Under the pieces are notes generated by a model. It was not told the DNA's origin. It searched no databases and saw only the letters and a list, made by a program, of their open reading frames with translations. This document shows positions 51,086-64,000 of a stretch of 64,000 nt of DNA, piece by piece. Source of the stretch: Thalia democratica (Eukaryota); assembly GCA_965202585.1 (NCBI GenBank), contig OZ241834.1, positions 12,958,001 to 13,022,000 on the forward strand, written 5' to 3'. Each line of letters begins with the position of its first letter. Positions within the stretch are counted from its first letter, which is position 1. Position numbers and translations under genes: made by a program.

Positions 51086-54000
51086 ATGGAACTTACTCCC
51101 TGTGAACAAGGCGTAAGGAAAAGTGAACAATTAGAAATACCTATTGTACATCACATAGTTACAGATGAAAATGCTGGATATACCCAAGTTTGTTTAAAAT
51201 TTTAAACTATCTGTTTTGAAGATATTTTTTACAGTTATACATAGTTTGTAAATGACTAACTAATGAGTTTCAATAAAAAAAGAATATAGATCTTGTTCTA
51301 CAAAGAGCTTGTAGTCTGATGATCCAAGTGGTGTGGTCAAAAAATTATGTTAACTTTATACTTATAACACATTATAAAAAAAAAATTAACCCTCAAATTT
51401 AATGATTATTTAAAAGAAAATACAGGATCCAACCTCAGAGTCGTAATCAACAAATTGAGCAATTTATATTGTTTTAAAAAATACAACGTAATATCTACTT
51501 GCTATTATTTGCTTTACATGTTTTTTTTCTGAAATAAATAAGAAATTAAAACAAAATATATATTCTACTTGCTTGCTGACAAAGCATTGAAAGTACTTCA
51601 AGCAATAATGATGAGTGTAAAAAAAAAACCTTTTTTGATTTTTTTAAAGTGTTATAAATTTTTATATAATACCAATTAAGCTAAAGACAAAAAAAAACAC
51701 AAAGAATAATTGACATACCTAAAGGGCGATTGAGAAACTTAAATATTGAGATATTTTTACTTATTTATTCAGTAAGCTCCTGTTTATTGATAAAAAAAAG
51801 TTATTAACTTAGTTACAGAAATACCATTAAAAGTTAAACTTTAAGTGTCTGTAATAACAAAGTATTTTTTTAACAGCCAATTTTTAAACTCACTATGCCA
51901 AAAATGTTTTATTCAAGTTCTGAAGTTTTGATACTTTTACATAATACAAATACTTATAAACTATATATGTTACGTAACTTAAAATATTAAGTATACTTTA
52001 AAATAAGCTTTTTTAGTCAAAACTTGTTGAAAACTAGTTGTTTTTTTTAAAGAAAATTAAAGAGATCAATCTAGGCAGGGCTGTAAAATTGTTATCAGAT
52101 CCTCATTCTCATCATTTGGTGGACAGACATGTTAATGCTTTTCATCGAATAGCTAAAAAGTGAGTTAAATTAAGTAAACACTATACTCATGTGTAATGCA
52201 ATAGAGCTACAAAACTTATATTAATTATTATAATTATAAAATTTTTAGTTACGAACTCTGTGAACTATATATTTATTTAAACTTTATCTTGTTTTGTAAA
52301 AAAAATTAAAAGTATTCAAAATGTTTTAAAACTTAATTATTGATTAAAAAATAATTTAGTTGCAATTAAGAAAAAAGATGTCATATATATTCTTAAAAGG
52401 GTGAAAAAAAGGACGTTTACAAGTTTTAATAAATACAGAATTGATATTGTTTACATTAAAAGTAAATATATTAGATTATTTTTATTTTTCAGGTATCAAA
52501 ATGGTTTTCTTATGAAAGATTTGGTACAAGTTTTTAAGATTGTAAATATATGTGCAGATAAAATTTTAGAAAATGACTTGTATATTGATCCTCTTTGCAG
52601 TATGCTACAAGTGTGTAGGTGAGTTTGTTTGTATTTATTATCTCTTTTTACAAACATTTCAATTTAATTAATGTTTTAAGGTATTTTAAATTATTGCTAT
52701 TATTATAAATTTTATTATTGCTATTTAAAACTAGAAAAATGTAAAGGTCAAAAAAATAAGAAAGTATGAGAAATAAAATGATGCAATGTTTCAATGATAT
52801 TAAAATTATTTTTCTAAATAGTTTTCACACTATGATGAAAAAAACTCTAGTAAATAAAATTGCTCTAAAACTTTAATATTTACATGTTTAACCAAAATAA
52901 TTTTTTGTACTTTTTTTGTATAGAACTTTGAATAGAGTTATGTTTTAACAACCACTATACAATTTACTTATAACATTTTACAATTAAGTTTCCCAATGTA
53001 TTATATTTTTGAAGTTTTATTAAATAGACTCAAGCTACAGAGATGTGATTGAAAACAAACATGATTGCTCAAAGAGTAAATGAAAAAACTAAGTAAATTT
53101 TATAGTTATTGTACAATTGGTTTGTGAAAATTTGGTATGATAGTTCTGTACTAAAAGTTGTTTGTTTACTCAATGAATACAAACTTTTAATATTTTCTAG
53201 AGTATAATTCTACTTAATTGTATAACAGCTATACTTTGTTATACAGCATAGTTGTTCCAAGTTATATCTATGAAATGTGGTTTTGAGTAGATTAATTTTG
53301 TACATCTACTTAACAGAATGCCTTTTCTTATGGAGCAAGTGTCTGATGAAGTAACATATGAGCAAATAGTAGTTGAGTCTCTTTCACAAATGGGATATTT
53401 AATGAGAGTTCCTAACACCTTAGTCCGATTTGTGCTTACCCAAGCAGTTAATGATATATATAATGTCCCCTCAAATCAAAGTTCAATTATTAAAGAACAG
53501 GTTATTTCTAGTACTTTATAAGAACTAGGTTTGTACTTACTTTTCAGTTAAGCTATAATAAAATATTATAGTAAAGAGTAGTTGTCAATGTAACAAAATC
53601 TATATATGTATATTTTAGTCATTGTTCTTGTTTTTAGTTATCAATGGAAAAGCTTTTATCAACTTTAAAATATTCTTTAATTTAACCAAAACTATTTTTA
53701 CGTTTCTAATAATCATATTTTAGATGTTTGATTGTTATAAAAACTTTTTTTTGAAAATGTTTACTGACCTGAATTCATATCATTTATATTAAATTTTATC
53801 AAAAATATCTGATTGCGTTAACATGCAGGGTTTAAAAGCTGTTTCGCAAAAGTTTCGTCGCAGTATGATTGAGATGAGTGACTTATCTGAAACTCTTGTT
53901 AAATCATTGTCTTTACTTGATGACAACGAAAATATCAAAGTAAAAGTTTTAAAACTTTTGAAGAATCTTTCTAGTAAATCATGCGGTATGATTCAATTTT

Positions 54001-57000
54001 ATTAAAATATTTCTAAATTTTAAGCTGTATATAGCTTAGTTTAATGGCTTTTAATAAAAATATGTTGCATAATTGTTTTAAATAAAAATAATTATCTGCG
54101 AACTTTAGTTTATCTTTGTAACTATTTTAGTGCTAAGTATATATTATCAATTAAATTTTGTTTCAAATGTCTGATTTAAGATTGCTTCAGTGTTAAACAA
54201 AAGACTGTTTTGTACAATTTATTGTAATTTATTTAAAATAATAAGGTTTATAATAACCGTGGAAAGTATAAACTCCTTGCGAATCTGACTCTTACCTGTC
54301 CAGTGGTTTCTTTTGAAATCAAGCTAGCTAAAAACTAGACTGAGACCTGATTTTTGCTTATATTGTAGCTTGTAAGTCAGTTGCTACCGAAGAAACCTGC
54401 AGTTGTCAATCTACAAACGGTTTGACAAACAACTGAAGATTATTATGTTGAGACTGAATCATGAGTTTTAAACAAAACCCATGTCTCAGTCTACTGAAGG
54501 TTTGTGGTTTGCTGATTGAAAAGGCATGAACACATTTAATGTTAACTTGAGCTTGTCTCACGGCATATTATATATGTCCAGGCTTAGGCTCTGTCATACT
54601 TACACCAATGTTTTGTTCAATTAGTTAAAAAATTATATAAATTGGTTTTATATTTATTAAAAAACTAAAACATGGTGTCCTGCCAAAGACTTTTTTTAAG
54701 TCAGGCCACTTATCTAAGATAATGTATAAGTATATCAATTTATTAGTATGATACTTTGTTTGCACGGTCATGTTTTGTTTTTAAAAGGTATATTAAAATC
54801 ATGTAAAATAAAATAAAATTTTTATTATTTAAATTACCAAAAACAATTTGATTAATTTTTACCAATTAAAGTGAAAAAGAAATTTGTCAAAACTATTGTT
54901 TTATATAAACTTAAAACGTTACAAAACATTATACATAAAAATGAATTTAATTTAAGTATATTGTTATTTTTATACTAGTTCAGTTTTGTTTTGAATTCAT
55001 AAAGTATTACAATTATAAAGAACTTTTACTATCGTACAGTTGTAGTTACAAACAACAAACATGTAGGTTTAAAAAAAAAAAAACTTGTATTTAAAAGTTA
55101 TATAAAACGACTGCGATTTAAAAAGCATTTGAATTAAGTCGCTTAATAAGTAAACTTGATAAATTTTATTGTAACACAATGACATTTTTGTACTAATTAG
55201 TCCGTTTTAATGAAACTTTTTATTTCTATAAATTATGTCATACTTGAAATTGTAAAATAAAATGTTTAAATCTTGGTTAAAAAGTACCTGTTGTATATTG
55301 ATGGAACTTTTTATTATTGTACACAATGTCATTCTTGAAGTTGTAAGATATAACACATCTTGGGTATGAAGAATCTGTTGAATATTGTTTTTTAACAGTT
55401 AATTGCCGTCAAATGTTAGCAAGTCAAGCAGCTTCTGTAATATGTTTAAACTTGGTGTCATCAAATGAAATTTTAGTTTTTGAATCCGTTGGAATTTTAC
55501 TCAATTTAATAGAAAACTGTGGTGATCAGGCTTCCAGCCAACTTTGTACAATTAAATGTATCAGGTTAGTAATGATGTATTTGTTATGTTCTTAAAATTT
55601 TTGTGTTGTTAAATTAATTCATATAAACTATTTATGAACCTTGAGTTTAATAAATTGTTTAGAATATTAAAAGAAAAGTTCAAAGACCTTATGAGATCAT
55701 CAAGTTCAAATTATCATCGTCAATTAAGAAATGACATACTTGTAATAGTAACCATGATTGCTAGTTGTTCTGAAAATGCACCAATAACACAAACAGGTTT
55801 TATTTTGCTTTACTGAGTAAATTTTTATATTGATTTATGTAGTATGGTTGAACTTTGTTTTATTTTTAAATCACTTCATAATATAAAACTAAAAAGCATT
55901 GAGAAATGTATATTTTTTTAGTTTTATATAAAACAAAAGCTCAAAGTTGCTGCTGGGCAACTTTATAATATATACAGACAATGAACTTACTATTAAAACC
56001 GTGTTTTTTGAATTGTATTTAAACTTGAATTAATTTTAAGTATTTTTAACACTAAAAGTTTTATTTTTCTAAAATTTATACACTTGAGATGCAGTAACCT
56101 ACTAGAAAAAAGTAGTACTTAAGTATTGAAACGTTTATGATTTTTAGGCCTTGCAAAAGATATAGTGTTGTTTTCAACCTTTTCTGAAGTAAAGAGTCAC
56201 AACCCTTTAGTTAGAAATCTTCAACTGAATGCTGGCCATGAAGATTTTGAGTTAAAGAGACTGTTAATAAATTTCTTACAGCTGTTTAGTAAAGACCCGT
56301 CAGCTAAGCTGGTAAATAAGTGAGAGTTAATGAAAAGTAATAAGATTATAAATTTATAAAGTATAAAGTACTAAGCAAATTTGTATATGTATTTTTATAT
56401 CTTGGCTATCGTAGCTAATAACTTACTATTTGATATTTTTAGAAAAAATATTTGGTTTTCAAGTACTAATTTAAGAATATTTTAACCAGTTTTATTTATT
56501 AAAATAATAATAAAAATATTTTTACTGCTCGACATTAAAAAAAAAAGTTCTTTCCTAAAATAACTATACCTTTTAAGTGAGTAAGTTTTATTGCTTTAGC
56601 TATTTCTTAACTAAAATCTTCTATGTTTTTTGAAGTCTAAATTATTTTCTTTAAATACTAAAATAGTAAACAAAAAACTGAAATTAGTTGAAATAAGTTG
56701 TTATTGAAAATGAATTTAATATTGCTGTAAAAACTTTTCTCTAAAATTCTTTTAGTTGGCTAATGTTTATAGTTATTTTTTAATTTCTAACACAAAACTT
56801 ATTAAAACTTTAAAGCTTAACACACTGTCTAATTTTATAGTTATATCAAGTTTCAAACTATTTACTAAATAGATTTTTTGAAACTGGTTTTTGTTTTACT
56901 ATTGTTATTATTATGGCTGTTGTTTATTGTCCAAGCGTTAGACTCGGGCAGTTAAACAAGTACTTTTGAAGAGAAAACACAAAAAAATACTCACTAAAAA

Positions 57001-60000
57001 TAGGTTGTATTTGAAATTAAAATAAAACGATAACTTATCAAATAAAAATGAGCTAAAAAATTTAGGAAAATATATTTTTTAAAGATACTGTCAAAACATA
57101 TAATACGTTTAGTCAAAATAAACTTCATTTAAAAAAGTAATCTGTTTACCAACAGTGTAAACTTTTTATTGTCTTATGCTAAATTTTTTAAATAAAACAC
57201 TTACAGCTAAATACTGCAAAATTAACTAAACTCGTTTTATAGAATTTTTGACCAAGCATATTCAATAAAATTCCTGGATTAATTACATTAGTCAAAATAT
57301 ATTCAAAAATAATATTTAAAATTTTTGTTATTAAAATGATGTAGTAGTTTGTTGTATAAAGTTTGTTTTCAAACTTTATTTTGATACGACCCATTTTTGA
57401 ATAGTAATAATTGATAAATAACCAGTGTCTTATTCAAAATATATTATTTTTAAAATATGTCGATATCGACTCTAGTTGACCTACTAGTTTCGGAACCAAT
57501 GCTATAAACGGTTTTTTGGCAGGTCATGTAATAAGTTTATATAAAGTAAAATGATAGCAAGTTATACAGTATCCTTTCTTTATTACACTAACACATGTTT
57601 CTGTGTGTTAATCCGTAAACACAGAGAAACATGTGTTAGTGTAATAAAGAAAGGATACTGTATAATTTATTATTATCATATATTCCAGTGAACTTGTTTC
57701 GCTAGGATATTTTATTAACAAACGCTTAAATTTATATTTTTGAATATTTATAAATTAAAATATTAATTTGTATTTGTGTAAATAAGCTTTGATTGTAACA
57801 TGATATATTATGAATTATTTATTTCTAAAATTTTGTACTTATAATGATGGCAACCTAGCTTAATAGTATAATCTACCTTGTTCAAGTCTCAAGTAAAGAG
57901 TATGCACACTTTCAGGGCTGTTTCTTGTTTTAAATTATAAACTTATTTACATTCTTTTTTTATTATGAAAATATATTAATAATTATTTATATAAATGTTC
58001 GTTTAACAGCTTTACACAGAAGGAAAAGTTATGTTATCCTTACTATCTTTTTTCAAAACCAGCTCAAATGAAACAGTTGAAATTAGACCAAAACAAATTT
58101 GGACAAAAAGTCAATTTGAAGAGCTGCAGTTGCTTGCATTTTCTACGCTGTCTGCATTAATACCCTTGCTTGTAGAAGACTACATGGATTTACAAGGGAA
58201 CGTCAGATTGCTTTTAATGTTAGAATGGTGTATTTCCAACGTAAGTCTTTTTTTTTTTAATTTTGTTACTAAAAAACAATACCGATGAGTAAAGTAAAAG
58301 ATATAAAATTTAAAACCAATTGAATATTTTAAATATATTTTTTTATAAAACTAAGTAAATTTAGGATATCTTAACTATCATACATCAATAACAAAAAAAC
58401 TATTTTATTTTTAGCAATTGTTTTTAGAGTTATAGTTTATCTGAGTTTATAGTAACTTACTAAGAGGTATCAGTTGTTTAAAAGTAAATTGATAAAATTG
58501 TTTATATGCCGAATTAAGCAATTATTTTATTTTAGAAATACTTATAGCAAACTTTTGCTTTAATTTCCTACGTAAAATAAAGTTTTATTCGTATGTTTTA
58601 ATGAAAATTTTATACATTCTTATATTTATTTGTTCGAAAAAGTCTTACGAACAAATATAAATTTAGAAAGATATTTCTAATTAAATTACTTTATTGAAGT
58701 AAAATTACAAATTTGTAATTTAGAAATAGAAAATAACTTCAAAATGACTTTAGATTTTTTGTTTGTAATTGATTGCTAATAAATTTTTCAAATATTGTAA
58801 ATTTTCGTGTTTCATTAACAACTAAAGCTACAAATTAAAAATTATAAACTTTTTGCCTATAGTTTAGTGTTTAATACTAATTTTGAAAGGTTTTTACACG
58901 GACTTAAAAAAAAAAAGTTTTATAAATGTATCATACTATTTCAGAAAACAAATTATTAAGTAGAGAACTTCTTGAAAAGTTATTTTGTACTAATTAAATA
59001 TATATTTAAAAAATGCTTTTACCTAAATTTCATCATATAAAATTGAATTATGTTTTGAAAAATAGTGTTTGTTATGTATATAAAACTTTTAAGTAAATGA
59101 AGGTCACGGGGGGTATGAGCATTAAAAAAAACTAATATTGACAGCTGAAAGACTAGTAAATTATAATTCAGTTTTTATAGGATATAGTGAGTTAATTTAA
59201 ACTTTAAGATACAATTTATTTTAAAGTTTCCTTACAAGCGAATAAACTACAATTTTGTCTTTGTCAATTTTTTGAAAATACAGAATTTCACTCATAAATC
59301 TTATCTAATTTTTTTTTGAGCTAGAGACTCTTATATAAAAGCTTTCAGTATAAACTACAAGTTAATTTGTATAGAATTTAAAAAAGTAATTTAACTTTGA
59401 GATATTGTAATTTTTGTAAAACGTTTCCGAATTTTTCCCGGAAATTTTAAAAATCACTTGAAATCTATCTTCTCTTTAATTTTTTGAGCTAGAGACCTCA
59501 AATTTTCAGAAAGTATTCCTTATATAGTTAAACAAAATTTAATGATGCGATTTCTAAAATATTATGAAACAAATGTTTAAGATAAAAAACAAAAAAATAA
59601 TAAATGGTTATTTTTAAATAAAATTTTCATATTGCAAAATTAAAAAACTACTGGATTAAATCGGTTTAAATATTAGTAATGGAGTTTTTGTTAAAATTTA
59701 AAGAAGATTGGTTAAAAAATGAAAAGAAGATTAGTTTTTAATAAATAGTCTTTTTTTCGTTTTTGGTTTGTGCTTTCCATAAGATTGCTATTGAGCACAC
59801 TGACTTTGATCGCTTATATCTCAAAAGTTACTTTGCATTTTTTTAAGCGGTTAAATATGTCTCATAGCTCAGAAAAAACTCTACAAAATATGATCAATTT
59901 GTAAAAATAAAGGTGGACCCTCGTTTCCTATGCCCTTAAAAGATATCTAAAACTAGAAAACAAAAAATAAGTAAGAAATAAAGATTTTAGGTCAATAAAA

Positions 60001-63000
60001 TAAGAAATAATAATTTCTTTTCAAATTCCTTATTTTTATTTCAACTATTATTTTTGGTAGAAATATATATTAGTTAAAATTTCTAGAAGTATGCACTAGT
60101 TAAAAACTAAAGGAAAAAAATAGTGAAATTGTAATTTTTATCGCATGTTTTAGGTTTTAATTAATAACCTACCTTACACCCCAAAAGGATATTAGCTTTT
60201 TGAAGCGTTTAAAAGTCTCTGATAGCTGAGATAAAAGTCTACAGAATATTACCGACTTGTAAAAAAGGTGGATCCTCATATGCCCTTAATACTACTTGGT
60301 TTAAAAAAGTAGCTTATTAGTTTAGTTTTAATGTGCTGGGCATATGTCAAAATAATTTAAAATTTTATTATAGTTAGATGACACAAACCAAGGTGAAAAT
60401 GGTGCAAAAAATTCGTTTTTTTCTTCTACTAATACTAAGGGTAGAAAAGTATCTCAATTGAAGTACTGTTTACGCTTGCTTCGAAGTGCAGTATTTACAC
60501 AAAACGAAGTTCTTTTGCAAGACCTTTGTGATCAGGGAGCATTATCCCAATTAACACGTAATACATGATTTTTTATATACTTTTAACTATTTTAGTGTGG
60601 AAATTTTAGTTTTTAGTTTTTGTAAGTTAAATTCCTTGGAATAAATATTTAAATGTTCTAGTTTGATAATTCTAATTAAATAGTTAGTAAGAATCTTGAA
60701 CAAGCTTTATAAACAGAAATGCTAAAGAACAAAAAGTTGCAGTCGAGTAACCAACAAACAGAAGTTGAAATAAAATGCGATATTTTACTAATTCTGTCAG
60801 CTATGTGCGAGAGGGACATCCACCGGAAAGAATTGTTTGGATGTCAGGTCTTTTTATATTCTTTTTTATTAGTTTAAATTTCTATTTGTTTTTAAAATTG
60901 ATACCTTAAGTTGTGTGAAGGTTAACATTTAAAACTGTTTTGATTAACTTCTAACATCTATAAAGTTTATTTCGGTTACTTTTTTTAAATACGAATTATA
61001 ATTCAAATATTGCAGGGTACTGAAATGCTCATATCCTACTTACGTAGTATTTTGAAGACTGGAAATTTTTCCACCCTTGAGAGTGTTCACATGATTTTGA
61101 TAACAATTGATTGTGTAACTTGTTGCGTTATTGGCTGCTTTGCAAACGAAGATTACTTTCTGGAAAACGAAGGAATCTTTCTTCTTTTAGACTTCATTGA
61201 AGTTTGTTTTAAATATTTTTTTTTGAAAATGTTCTTGCTTAATTATTCATTTGTATATAATAAAACCTTGCGAGAAATATGTAATTTATTTATGAAAGTT
61301 TAATTTGGCTACATAAGTATATTATTTTTAAAAAGATATTATCAAGTATTTGCTCAAAACAAACGTATACCGATGGTCTTTGTTGTTTAGAACTAAAACT
61401 TATCCTCACTTTATCAGTTTATAAATTCTGTAATATTAATTACAAGCTAAAAGTTCGTCTATAAAGAAAGAGCGCATGTAGCTGTATAAAAGTACTCAGT
61501 TATACCACCTAAATGATTTAAGTAATACCGATAAGCTATATCTAAATTTTTTGTGAAAATGACTAATAAGTTATGTCTTTATAACTTAAACTACTTTTGA
61601 TCTCTCAAAATGCTTATAAATTTTATTAACATAACTATACTGAGTAAATGTGTGTAACATTAATACACAAATTAATTTAAAATTATGTATTATCTTGTAA
61701 TTTATTAATATCATAATAACTGTTTTATATACACTCAGTTACTAAAACAAATTGATGATACTAAAAGAGCAAATACTTAATATATTTATTGCTTTGTTAT
61801 TATTTTCAAAACTAATAGATTTTCAAAATAATCAAAATATTAATACTTTGATTTTATTCGTTGCAGAAAAACTTCAGAGCAGTTTTTTGAAACATTTGTT
61901 CTTACTATTGAATACTACATTTCTTAAGTATTTAATTTAGAAAAAGTTAAATGATTACTCCATACTTTAGAGCCAACTTTACGAGCTAAAGATTTCAAGA
62001 AGTTTTATTGACAATTTTTTTTCAATATTAGATCTTTTTTATCAAACATTAATGCAAACAGAAAGCTCCCTCGTCATTACATAACTTGATCATGACGTCA
62101 CTGCTGGAACTACTTGACAATGAAAAGTCGATTGGTCACCTGAAAGCATGGCGGGGAGAAGTCGATAATGTAACTATCGGTCAGCTTATGGCGCAACTGT
62201 GGAGGGAAGAGGAAAAAATAATAGGAGTAGAAAGAGGTGAAATGGGAGTTATCGTCGACATAAAAAATCCATTAGCTGGTCAGTTATTTTTTTGTTCACC
62301 AGTTATGTAAAGTGATTTTTCTATACTTATTTTAAAATTTGTTTAAACATTTCTTTTATTATTATGAAATTTCTTAAAGTAAACTTTGGTTGATTATAAC
62401 AGATTTTATTAATGTTAGTATACTTCTAAAAATTTCTTCAACTAGTTTAAATATTTTTAATGGTAACGATTACATATGTTTTTTCATATGGTTAAATATA
62501 TTCAAATGTTTTTTGGTATCTAATTCACATTTATTTCAAAAACATATGTTCCTTGTATATTAAAGTAATATTTGATATTATAATAACAAGTTTTTTGTGT
62601 TTGTTGCATGTAAGTAACGTTTTTTTAGTTCTATTATCACGGTAGCCAAAAAATCTGGATTTTGACAATTTAGGCACAAAAAAAAAAGTAAAAATCTAGA
62701 ATTTTAAACAATCTTTACATGAAAGTTAATGTAATTTGAATTATATACGAATTTTACCATTTAAAATGAACCTTTTTTGTATTATTTATAATTTGTTTTT
62801 TATAAAACACATTTAAAGTAGCATTGCAGTATCTTTTCAATATTTTAGTCCTATTTAATACAGTTTTTTACCTTAAATATTTTTTTTTACTAAAAGTGAA
62901 CAAAAAAACTTTTACCTAACTTTTAGACTACCTGGAAAAAAATTCCGAAATACTGTTGGTAACCCTGTATTATGTAATTATATCATACTGCTTATGACGA

Positions 63001-63685
63001 CCAGTTAATAGTTGATAAAAAATAAAATCGCACCTAAATGCAGGCTACGTACAACGCAACAGCCATATAAAACCACAACCGGTACTTTCAGTTCCTGGCA
63101 GTATAGCCGATGTCAGTGACAACTTGAGAGCAAAAATATATTTAGTTTTCAACAAAATTGGTTTCTCAGAACTACACGGCCTGAATACTGAAGATTACAT
63201 CACTGTCGCCATTATTGAGAAGTATCTTGATTTCAAAGTTAGAAATACGTTGATTTCTTGATGAAATTTTTGAAAAGCTCTTTTTTCAAGTATATTGATA
63301 AAGTTATTTTATTTTTATTTCAAGATTTTAATTTTTTTATTTAATTTATAAATTATAGCTAAATTGTTTTATTAACAATTAAACTTTTTGTTAAATTTAT
63401 GTTTATGAAAACAACTTTTTTTTTTCATTTAAATTTAAGTTTATCTTATATTTTAAATAAACTTTCATTCATCATATAATTGTGCAGCTAGGAGAAGTTT
63501 ATTTTGAAATCTTGGAAGAATTTCGCTCAGAAGGGTTTCATCTGACGTCCACAGAGGAGGTTGCTTTCGACACCATAATGAGAGTTTATCAAGAAAAATC
63601 GCGCGGTGTCGCACTTTTGCAACGTCAACTAATTGAAGCTGAGCGACAGCAAAACTTATTTGATGAAAGAAAAGTTTACGTTGAA
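51086..63685 (+). CDS. CFAP69: Cilia- and flagella-associated protein 69 (ARM-repeat), 3'-incomplete in this window (827 codons seen)
   Basis: Exons: 51086-51187, 52053-52159, 52493-52618, 53317-53500, 53829-53985, 55399-55564, 55663-55796, 56148-56311, 58010-58240, 60374-60557, 60717-60847, 61016-61201, 62062-62278, 63044-63237, 63488-63685 (phases consistent). Recognised motifs: YQNGF, HRQLRNDILVI, TFSEVKSHNPLV, EDFELKRLL, QFEELQL, DYFLENEGIFLLLD, LWREEE, DVSDNLRAKIY, KYLDFK. Confidence 0.95.
57567..57660. mobile_element. 94-bp near-perfect hairpin mini-MITE (Tc1/mariner-type ends), CFAP69 intron 8
   Basis: CAGTATCCTTTCTTTATTACACTAACACATGTTTCT arm and its reverse complement (~43 bp, 1 mismatch), short loop, TA flanks. 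Confidence 0.88.
59100..59935. mobile_element. Kolobok-like element, related subfamily, CFAP69 intron 9
   Basis: Right end TTCCTATGCCC|TTAA; internal similarity to 40189-40849; left boundary approximate. A second right end (CATATGCCC|TTAA) lies at 60285. Confidence 0.6.
62638..62967. mobile_element. Old CAGGGTTGCC/AAACCTGGA MITE, CFAP69 intron 13
   Basis: Degenerate TIRs CACGGTAGCC...TGGTAACCCTG; 6-bp TSD TATTAT. Confidence 0.78.
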
Positions 63686-64000
63686 GTTTGTAACAGTTAA
63701 ATTTTTTATAAATAGAAATAAGTTTTGAAAATTTAAGTTAATTCGGTCGAACTTTTATATAACTTATATATTAAAATATTTAGTAACATATAGTTTTATT
63801 TACTTATTTAAAAGCTGAATAAATATTGATAAAAAGTATCTTTTTGTAGAGTATGCTCACTATTACTAAGATTATTTTTTTATAATTTTTTTATATACTT
63901 TAATCATTTAGCTTTATAACCTATTGATCTAACTTTGTCTATAATTTTATTAGTAATTAATAGATAATAATTAAATTAATCAAACATTTTATGCTTAAGA

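Noticed and set aside
11534-63685. Non-canonical splice sites or a variant genetic code
   Set aside because: All modelled introns are GT-AG and all frames translate with the standard code.
1-64000. tRNA, rRNA or snRNA genes
   Set aside because: No cloverleaf with A and B boxes and no recognisable rRNA/snRNA sequence seen by eye; tRNAscan-SE and Rfam were not run.

Overview
Very AT-rich eukaryotic DNA from an invertebrate animal; the species cannot be determined from the sequence. Three intron-rich genes could be rebuilt exon by exon with canonical GT-AG sites and consistent phases. (1) A complete CLUH (clustered mitochondria homolog) on + (11534-30136, 27 coding exons, ~1453 aa). (2) A complete ZIP/SLC39 subfamily-II zinc transporter on - (44630-39425, 4 coding exons, ~358 aa), convergent with CLUH. 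(3) CFAP69 on + (from 51086, 15 exons in the window, 3' end outside), head-to-head with the ZIP gene. Non-coding DNA is rich in transposon relics: a decayed CR1/L2-type LINE, many CAGGGTTGCC-ended hAT-like MITEs, TA-flanked Tc1/mariner-type MITEs, TTAA-flanked Kolobok-like elements, a Penelope-like fragment and an unclassified hairpin-rich short repeat. Most notable: the hAT-like family makes both 6-bp and 7-bp target duplications; a perfect 111-bp-arm hairpin lies in ZIP intron 1; a ~1.8-kb duplicated block between CLUH and ZIP keeps splice signals like an unannotated micro-exon gene pair; CLUH has a candidate 45-nt cassette exon and strong exon-to-exon swings in GC3. I see no clear evidence of a wholly new biological system; the findings are candidates to test.
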